From NCBI RefSeq assembly GCF_009914755.1, contig NC_060929.1: a DNA stretch of 64,000 bases, one strand, 5' to 3'. This stretch comes from the human T2T-CHM13v2.0 reference genome, Homo sapiens. How positions within the stretch are numbered: the stretch's first letter is position 1; each line of letters begins with the position of its first letter. Positions 53,920 through 64,000 of this stretch are shown here, piece after piece. The notes beneath the pieces are model-generated. The model was not told where the DNA came from. It made no database searches and saw only the letters and a list, made by a program, of their open reading frames with translations. Made by a program: the position numbers and the translations under genes.

Positions 53920-56900
53920 GCATTTTTCTTTTCAATCTGCCTACTCAAGTTGAAAATATCATCCAAGACAATGAATACAAATATCTTCTGCCTTTTTATT
54001 TATGACACCAAGTCAGCCTTCAGCCTGACAACTGTAGGAGAATGATTTGCCTGTGTGACTACTCACTCTGTTAGCCTGGACACATGGACACATCTGGAAG
54101 GAAGGGAGACAAAACAACTTTTGTACCCCTAGCACTTAGCCAGTGCCTGGAACAAAACATATGCTAAATAAATCTTGCTGAGGAAAGAGTGAAGCATATA
54201 GACATACTCATCTCCATTTCTTCAACTGCAAGAAATTAGGAAAGAGGAAATGGTATTAGATATTGGTGTTACTAGCAATGTAGTATTTGTAACTATTATT
54301 ATAAGTCAGGCATAAAGTTGAAACACATAATAGGGAATTTCTATAAAAATTCCAAAACTTCAGCCACTCAAACTGGTTGGGTCTCTCCCCATGTTCAAAT
54401 ATTCTTTCAAATATATAGACATCATGATTAAGTATTTTCACCTATTTTGTTTTAAATAAGAATGAAGGATTTCAGACACTCAGTGCTTTCAGTGAGCCTA
54501 CACTATGCAGAGCATTGTAAAGGTCAGCATGTTAAATAGTCAGATAGGTCCAGGAAGAAGACAGTCATAGGCAGAGGATGTGTTTTGTTTTATCACTTCC
54601 AATGCCACATTCCTTTTTTTTCCTGTCCAGTTAGTTTGATGCAACATTAAGTTCTGTAAAAGTAAAGTTTCCCTGTACCTAATTTTGTAGTATAAACAAG
54701 ATAATGTTAGTGACTCTTCAAGGACTAGGATACAATTTAATAGGCTATTATCACAGTGGATTAAAAGTCATATTTGCAATCTTAACATATTATATGCCAA
54801 TAGCAGACATTTTCTCCATATATTAGTCTTTCATGTCCCCATGAAATTGTTAATAATGCACTAAAGCAATAATGGAAAATGAGCCTTAAATTTCTCTAAG
54901 CCTTATGCCAAATGTTTTTCCTCTTGTCTCATTACTTATTATGTATGTTTTATCTTAAAACTGAATGCTATTATTGCCCAAATAACTTTACAGGAAACAA
55001 ACAAGTCAAGGCAATAAACATCCTGTCCTTTAATATAGAAAAGGGCATTGTATCGACTTAACACAATCAATTTTCAAATGGATATTTGTATATAGAAAAG
55101 ATACTCTTGCAAAACTAATTCTATATAAAAATGAAAATTTCTACCTCAGGTTAACACAAAGATAACAGATAGGTTTCAAACATTCACAGAGCATAATCCA
55201 AATATAGGCTGTGATTTCATACTGATTAGAAGAGACAGAAATCACTGAAGTCCTTCTAAAGCCAATTTCCTATAACTCAGTCATCAAAACTTCCAAAAAG
55301 TTTCCAAAAAAGGAATAGAAAAATCTCTCATTCAGTAATATTCTACTGTATATTCTCATCAACAAGAAACTCGATCTGCAACTCTAGGATTCAATTAACC
55401 TTTTGTAAATAGCATTGTACATTTCCTGGCTGACTTTAAAAAATAAAGTCAATTCTATTTTGTTAGTAGAGGAAGGAAAAAAAATAAGGAAAAACATGAG
55501 TTCTGTCAATTATTTCCTTCACAGTTACATACAGTAATAGAATCCCAAGTGTAGAAAAGAAACTAACATTGTTTTTTTAGCAGCTAAAAATTATGTCTTA
55601 CAGTAAGTATAGGTAAAACTCAGCCAGTTTACTCTCTCAAGTGTTTTGAAAAGTTTCTCACTTGAGGAACCAGGGGTCAAATCACAACCTTAAAAGAAAT
55701 ACAAAGGATCTATTGTCTTCATTCTCAAGTTTTATTTAAATACCAATACCAATCAAAACTATGTGTATAAACATGAAAGAAAAACCTAAAACCATCATTT
55801 AAGTGATGATATATTTATAATGATAAACTGGGTATGTAAATCTAGAATAAACTAACAAATATTGGGCTGTGGGAGGAAAGGGGAGACAAAGTAAAGCTAA
55901 GTTCCCTTTCCACATGCAGAGAGCCAGAAATGTTGCTTTGCTTTTGGCTTTGATATTCAGATAACTACAAAATATCCCCTTGATAAACAAACTATGGATC
56001 AAAAGAATGTTTATATTAAACTTATATTTAACATTATAGCTACTGGTAAAGCATAGGTTCATGCTTAAGATCAGGATAATAATAGAAACTTAGTAATATT
56101 TATTGTATTACATATATTGTATAGGTAGCTACTTGATTCTTATAAAAACTGTACAAAAAACTGTTACTATTCCCATGATACAGATTTGGAAATGAAGCTT
56201 AAACAGGTTAGTTTGTCCATAGTGACACTATCAACTGTACAGAGGTTAGTTTGCCTGGAATGAGAACAGCAGGCTGGTTCCATGGGAGCTTTCCACAGGC
56301 CATCTAGGCCTGGCTCCAGCCTTGCTTCAGACAAAAAAGAATGTCTCATGTGGTCTGAGGACTCATGGCAATGTGTGTGCAGACCTCCCTCTAGCCACCT
56401 CGTCTTTTAAGACCTCTCAGTTCTAACTGAGGATCCTTCAGAGTTTTGAGACCAGGTTTAGCTGATATCAATGTTCATAGTTTTAGCCCAAATGTAACAT
56501 TGCCCCCATTTTTCAAAAACCTCTAACAAATTCAGTAACCCAATGTGAGGAATAGAAATAGGAGGCATAAAACTATAAGAAAAGTGAAGGCAACTTTATC
56601 CTTATTTGATTACAACCTAGTTTAATGTAGGAAACCCAGAAAAATCAACTGAAAAATAATTGAAAATAAGAATAGTCAGGTAAGTTTGTCCAGTTTTAAA
56701 GTAAAATATGCAAAAGGCTTTTATTTATAAAATCAAAGACCAGTTGTTAAAATTACCACACCAACATCTCATTTATAAAAACAAACAAAACCAAAATGTT
56801 TAAAAATAAGCTCAGAAAGAAATAAGTAGAACTTAGATTAAGAAATCTATACAACTTTTCCAAGACTTATATAATCAAGACTGATGTTCCTTTGAATAAT

Positions 56901-57299
56901 TTTCTAAGTTTAATGTTATTGCAAGAAAATCATCTCTTTTTTATTTTTTTATTTTACTTTTTGGAGGAATTAGGCCATGTTATAAAATATAACATGGTTA
57001 CGGTCTTGCTCTAATACATATAAAATTTTACCATGAAGCCACAATAACAACCAAAAGTGTGGTACCTTCAAATAATCAACAGAAAGTTTAGTGGAAAAAT
57101 ACAAAATTCCCTTAAATATTTTCTTATATAAGAACTTAGTATGTGTCAATATGTGTTACAGGAAACACTACTAGCTATTGGGAAGAGAACAATTATATAA
57201 GTGTTAGGAAAGTGACTATGTACGTGTGAGATGAAATAAGAGCAATATTAAATACTGTAAAAGTATTCTGTAGAGTTTCATCAGCGAGAGAGCTAATTC

Positions 57300-59120
57300 T
57301 CCACCAGAGACGCCAACTTAGCAATAATATATGATCCAAAAAGTTGTATGAAAAGTCTAGAAACCAGTCAAGAAGTTGCAGTGCCTGAGGCAAACTTAAA
57401 GAAAATAATAGTCTCATTGAAACAGATGAGAAAAGGCATTTCACGTCAACCATGACAGCCCTTCCTCCAAGCCAGCACAGCTTGGTGTCATCAGGAAAAA
57501 TAAATCACACCTTATGACTTCTCCCTTAGGAGAGAAAGAGAAGAGTGGAATGTATGTCCAATGTTCTGGTTTTTCAGAGTGTTGTCTGAGAGACTGGTTT
57601 CTGTCTTGCCTGATTCAGAGCACTAATGGAATCTACATACTTTGGATGCCTGGGGTCTGCAGAGAGCAAAAGGTAACTCAGTGGCTTATTGCAATGCCAC
57701 AGAACCTGCAGTGGTACAGACAGACACCAGACGGAGAAGGAGATTAAAAGCTCTTGGAAGAAAAAGAAGCAAATCACTCTAACTGGGAAAGAACACACAC
57801 AAATTCAAAGAAGATGTATCCCGTGGTAAAAAAAAAAAAAAAAAAAAAAAACTGGAGAGGCTCCCAAAATCTCTATGTGGGCTAATTGGTAAAAGTCTTC
57901 CCCTGTATGAAGCCAATTTATAAGGACTGAAGAGGTGGCTGCTTTTTCAAATGCACAAATCACAGAAAAAAATAACTAGGCACACAAAGAAACAGGGAAA
58001 CATGACACAATCAAAGGAACAAAATACACCTCCAGGTACCAACCAGAAAGAAATAAAAATTTATGTTACTTGGCAAATAATTAAAAATAATATTAAAGAA
58101 GTTCAATGTGCTAGAAGAGAGCACAGACAGAAAACTAAATGAAATTAGGAAAATGATGCAGGAACAAAATGAGAATATCAACAAACTTCAAAAAGAAAAC
58201 AAACATTCATGGAGATGAATACAGTAATTGAGTTGAAAAGTTCACTAGAGCATTTCAACAGATGACTCCATCAAGCAGAAGAAAGAATAAATGAACTCAA
58301 AGAGAGGCCACTTAAAATTATGAAGCCAGAGATACAAAGAGGAAAAAAAGAAGAATGAAGAAAAGTGAAGAAAGACTAAGAAACATATGGGACACCATCA
58401 AGTGTTCCAACATACACATAATGCAAATCTGAGAAGGAGATGATAGAAAGAGAGAAGGACAGAAAGCTTATTTGAAAAAAACAATGGCTAGATACTTGCC
58501 AAATCTGAGGAAGGAAATGAACAACCAAATTCAAGACACTGATAAAACTCAAACGTGGAAAAACCAACATACCAACATAAATTATAATCAAACTGTCAAA
58601 TATCAAAGACAAAAAGGGAATCCTGAAAGCAGGAAGAGAAAATGGCTCATCATGTGCAAGCGACCTTCAATGACATTAGCAGATTTCTCAGGAGAAACAT
58701 TATAGGCCAGAAGGGAGTGGGACAATATATTCAAAGTGCTGAAAGAAAAAGTCTGTCAACCAAGCATACTCTTTCTGGCAAAACTGTATTTTGAAAATGG
58801 AGGAGAAATAAAGATAAACAATGGCTAAGGTAGTTCTTTAGCACTAGACTTGACTTACAAGAATTGCTAAAAGGAGTCCTTTGAGTTGAGACAAAGTATG
58901 CTAGACAGCAACACAAAGGAAAAGGTAAATATTTAGACAAATAAAAATCGTATAATATTGCAATGGTGGTGCATAAATTATTTTTAACTCTGGTATAGAA
59001 CTTAATTATAAAATATAAATATAAAACTATGTTAACAAATGCAAAATATAAAAAGCTGTAATATGTGACATTGATAACATAAATGGGCAGAGATATAAAG
59101 GAGTAGAGTTTTGTATAGAG
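57300..59120 (+). mobile_element. Old L1M 5'UTR plus ORF1 remnant (copy 1)
   Basis: 'KITRHTKKQGNM', 'LADFSGETL', 'atcaagcagaagaaagaat' are L1 ORF1-like. Confidence 0.75.
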
Positions 59121-61730
59121 CTGTCTGCTAACTATGATATCCTAAAACTGAAACTGTGGCCTGAGAGCAGTCCTGTCTCCACTTAGCGACCTGTCAGGAC
59201 TCATTCCCATCCATGTTCTCGGAGACAGGCTTGCCAAACTTGGTTCCACAGCAGATTCTGAGATGGCCCTATAACTTTGCTCCATTCCCACTTAGACTTG
59301 GCCCAAGGTCAATCTTGTCCCCAGAGATGTATGCCCATCCAACTCCCTGGAGGCAAGTCCTCTCAGATGTGGACCCTGAAGCAGCAGTGACTTAGTTCCA
59401 AGCTCTCTCATGTTGATCTGGGGACGGTTCTCCCTACCCATAGACATACTCAGAGAGCCAGGGGGAGTCCTCCAGAAACCCAGAGGGAACCACGCCTATC
59501 TGCATACCTAATAACAGGTCTGCCATTGGTGGAAGAGAAGGTTGTTAAAATCAGCCTGTAAAGACCGAAAGACTGTTTGCTTCTTCAAATTCACAGACAC
59601 CAATGCAAGCCTACATGGATAACAAATAAATAATATGGAATAATATATTCAAAACATTGAAAGAAAAAAGCCTGTCAAATAAGAATACTGTACCCTGCAA
59701 AGTTAGCCTTCAGAAATGGAGAGGTAAAGACATTCCCAGACAAACAAAAACTGAGGATGTTCATTACCACAAGACCTGCCTTATAAGAAATACTAATGTG
59801 ATTCTTCAAGTTGGAATGAAAAGCTGCTAAATAACAACATAAATACATATATAAGTATACAACTCACTGGAAAAGGTAAATACATAATTAAATTCTGTAT
59901 ACTTGCATGTGGTAATGGTGATGTATAAATTATTTCTAAATTTAGAATAAAAGTTAAAAGGTAAAATAATTAAAAATAAACCATAGTTACAGTAATTTGT
60001 TAATGGATATGCAATACAAAAAGATGCAAAGCATGACATCAGTAGCACAAAATGACGGGGGAAAGTAAAAGTGTAGAGTTTTTGTATGTGATTGAAATTA
60101 ACTTGTCATCAGCTTAAAATAAAATATTATAATTAAAAGATGCTACAAGATGTTTTTTGAAAGTCCCATAGTAATTACAAAGGAAAAAAAAAAAAAAAAC
60201 TCTAATAGATCCAGAAAAGACAACAAGGAATCAAAGCACACCACTACAAAATATCAACAAATCACAAGACAGCAACAACAAAAAAAAGCACAAGAACCAC
60301 AAACCCATCAGAAAGCAATTTTTTAAATGGCAGTAATAACTCCTTACCTATAAATAATAATCTTGGATATAAATGGATTAAATTATTCAATCAAAAGACA
60401 CAAAGTGGCTGAATGAATTAAAAAAAATCCAACAAAATGCTGTCTCATATTGGGACAATAAGAGACTCACTTAAGCCTTAAGGATACACATAGGCTGAAA
60501 GCAAAGGGATAGGGAAATATATTACATGAACCTCAACAGACCAATAGCAAGTAAGAAGATTGAATCCATAATTAAAAAAAAAAACTCCTAACAAAGAAAA
60601 GCACAGGACCATGTGGCAACAAGGGTGAATTGTAGCAAGCATTTTAAGAATTAATACAAATGCTTCTCAAACTCTTCCAAAAAAAGTGAAGAGAAGGGAA
60701 CACTTCCAAATTCATTTTATGAGGCCAGCATTACCAACAGACCAGAATCAGATAAGGACCCTATAAGAAAAAAAATTACAGGGCAGTATCCCTGGTGAAC
60801 ATAAATGCAAAAGTCCTAAACAAAATACTAGCAAACTGAATTTGACAACACATTAAAAATATAATTCACCATGATTAAGTGGAATTTATCCTAGATTTGC
60901 AAGTATGATCCAATATACACAAATCAAAAAATGTAATATACCGAATGAACACAATGAAAGATAAAGATCATATGATCTATAATCATCTCCATAGAGGCAG
61001 AAACAGTGTTTGACAAAATCCAACATCCTTTCATGACAAAAACTCTCAACAAATTAGGAATAGAAGGAATGAACCTCAAGACAATAAACGCCATATTTGA
61101 GAAGCCCACAGCTAACATCACACTAAATGGTGGAAAACTGAAAGCTGCTTCTCTAAAATCTGAAACAAAACAAGAATGCTTACTCTTGCCATTTGTGTTC
61201 AACACAGTAATGAAAGCCCTAGCCAGAGCAATTAGGCAAGAAAAAGAAATAAAAGGCATCCAAATTAGATTTGCAGATGACATTTTCTATATTTAAAAAA
61301 AAACTCTAAAGACTTCACTAAAAAACTGTCATAATTAAGAAAATAATTCAGCAAATTTACAAGATATAAAATCAACATACAGCAACTAGTTGCACTTCTA
61401 TATACTAACAATAAACTATCTGTAAAATAAATTAAGAAAAACAATCCCATTTAATAATATCTAAAAGAACAAAATACTTAGGAATGAATTTACCCAAGGA
61501 GGTGAAAGATCTCTACACTTAAAGACATTAATGAAAATGAAAATATATCCCATATTTATGGATTGAAAGATTTCATATTGTTAAAATGTCCATATGGGAT
61601 CTACATATTAAATGCAATCCTTATCAAAATTTCAATGGAATTTTTCACAGAAATAGAGAAAACCATTGTAAAATTCATATGAAACCAAAAAAGACCCTGA
61701 ATACCCAAAGCAGTCCTAAGAAAGAAGAAT

Positions 61731-62040
61731 GGCTGGGCGTGGTGACTCACGCCTGTAATCCCAGCACTTTGGGAGGCCTAGGTGGGTGGATCATGAGGTC
61801 AGGAGTTCAAGACCAGCCTGGCCAAGATGGTGAAATCCTATCTCTACTAAAAATACAAAAATTAGCCGAACGTGGTGGCAGGTGCTTGTAATCCCAGCTA
61901 CTAGGGAGGCTGAGGCAGAGAATTGCTTGAACCTGGGAGGCAGAGGTTGCAGTGAGCCAAGATCATGCCACTGCACTCCAGCCTGGGCAACAGAGCGAGA
62001 CTCCATCTAAAAAAAAAAAAAAAAAAAAGAAGAAGAAGAA
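61731..62040 (+). mobile_element. AluS (Sg-like) nested in L1
   Basis: Dimeric Alu with an A/(GAA) tail; TSD ~aagaagaa. Confidence 0.93.
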
Positions 62041-62565
62041 GAACAAAGTTGGAAGCGTCATACTCCCTAATTCCAAACTATATTACAAAGCTATAGTAAT
62101 CAAAACAGTGAGGTACTGGCATAAAAACAGACACACAGAACAATGGAACAGAATAGAGATCCCAGAAATAAACCCTGCATATATAATCAGTTAGTCTTTG
62201 ACAAGGGCATGAATAATATACAATGGGGAAATAATAGTCTCTTCAATAAATGTTCCTGGGAAAACTGGATGTTCATATGCAAAAGAATGAAATTGTATCC
62301 ATATTTTATTACATACAATACAAAAATGTGCTTAAAAGAAATTAAAACATTAAACCACAAAACTCCTGGAAGAAAACAGGTGGAAAGCTTCTTGACACTG
62401 GTCTTGGTGATTATTATTTTAATATGATACCAAAAGTGTAGGCAACAAAATAAAAAATAAATGGGACTACATCAGACTTAAAAGCTTTTGCACAGCAAAG
62501 GAAACAATCAGCAAAATGAAATATTTTCTACATATGGATGATAGAAAATATTTGCAAACCATACA

Positions 62566-62878
62566 TAGTTTTACCTTGGTATCCATGGGGGATTGGTTCA
62601 ACCTTTCCCACCCTCTGCAGAAACCAAAATCTTCAGATGCTCAAGTCCTGCATATAAAATAGCATAGTATTTGCATATAACCTACATACATCCTCCTGCA
62701 TACTTTAAATCATCTCTATGTTATTTATAATACTAATACTATGTAAACACTATGTAAATAATTATACTATATTACTTTTTAATTATTTTTATTGTTTTAT
62801 TATGTTTTTTCAAATATTTTTGATTCTCAGATAATTGAATCCCTTGATGCATAACCCACAGATACAAAGGGCTGAGTG
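62566..62878. mobile_element. MER2 (Tigger-derived) nested in L1
   Basis: 'ccttggtatccatgggggattggttc..gatgctcaagtcc..tactttaaatcatctcta'. Confidence 0.85.
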
Positions 62879-64000
62879 TACCTGATATGTTCAAAATACA
62901 CAAAAAAATCCTACAACTCAATAGCAAACACTCCAATAACCCATTTTAAAAATAGGCAAGGGACTTGAATAGACATTTCTCCAAAGATGACATACAAATG
63001 GCCAAAAGGTATATAAAATGGTGTTCACCATCATTAATCACCAGGGAAATGTACATCAAAACCACAATGCGGTATCTTCTCACACCCATTAGGATGGTCA
63101 TAAAAAGTGTTGGTGACTATGTGGAGAATTGGGAACGCTTGTAGCACTGCGGTGAAAACGTAAATTGGTAACTCCATTATGGAAAACAGTATGAAGATTC
63201 CTCAAAAAATTAAAAATAGAGATACCATATGATCCAGCACTCTAATGTTTGGGTATATATCCAAAGGAAATGAAAGGAGCATGCTGAAGAGATGTCTGCA
63301 CTGTCGTCTTCATTGCAGCATTATTGACAATAGCCAAGGTATGGAACCAACCTAAGTGTCCATTGACAAATGAATTAATAGAGAAAATGTGGTGTATATA
63401 CAATGGAATATTATTCAACAGTAAAAAGAAAAACAAATCCTGCCATTTGAGAAAACATGGATAAACCTGGAGGACATTATGCTAACTGAAATAAACCAGA
63501 CACAGACAGCCAGATGCTGTATGATCTTGCTTATATGTGTAATCTAACATAGTTGAACTCATAGGAACAGAGAGTAGAATGGTGGTTGCCAGAATCTGGG
63601 ACATGGTAGAAATGGGGTAATGTTGGACACAGCATACTAACTTTCAGTTATAAGACAAATACATTATGGGGATTTAATATTGCAGCTTGGTGACAATAGA
63701 TAATAATACTGTATTGTTTAAGTTTGCTAAGAGAGTAAATGTTAAGTATCCTTAATACTTAATCCTTACCACACACACACACACACATATACACACACAT
63801 ACATACATAGAATAAGGTAACCATTTATAGGGATGGATGCATTGATTAATTTATTGTGGTAATCATTATACAATGTATACCTATATCAAGTCATCACATG
63901 TCTACCTCAAATATATACAATTTTTATTTATTATTTATACCTTAATAAAGCTGGGGAAACAAAAAACAAAATATGCTTATCCTCTCAAAATAATAAAACA

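Larger units (their letters stand above)
59150..63965 (+). mobile_element. L1MA/MB, internally deleted: 5' remnant, ORF1 end, ORF2 pieces, 3'UTR (copy 2)
   Basis: '[20 protein letters not shown]', 'FADD', '[19 protein letters not shown]'; 3' end 'ttataccttaataaagctgggg'. Confidence 0.87.

Overview
This is AT-rich, repeat-dense primate DNA, most likely human. It lies inside the large 5' introns of PDE4D, which is transcribed on the minus strand. Only one coding exon is present (46797-47026, 230 nt), encoding residues 15-91 of the PDE4D7-specific N-terminus. The rest is intron filled with Alu, L1 (L1PA/L1PB/L1M), L2, MIR, MaLR/ERVL LTRs and DNA transposon relics (Tigger1, Zaphod, MER2/8/20/58/81). 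Nearly all other ORFs in the track are repeat-derived or chance. I find no new gene system. The most notable unexplained structures are: an 81-bp local copy-paste into an MLT2A1 LTR, a ~133-bp-arm inverted duplication, an L1PB whose 5' tip is fused to its 3' end, an antisense 42-nt exon-like unit, and a consensus steroid response element inside that unit. Repeat subfamily names come from my recollection of consensus sequences and need RepeatMasker/Dfam confirmation; boundaries of old repeats are approximate.
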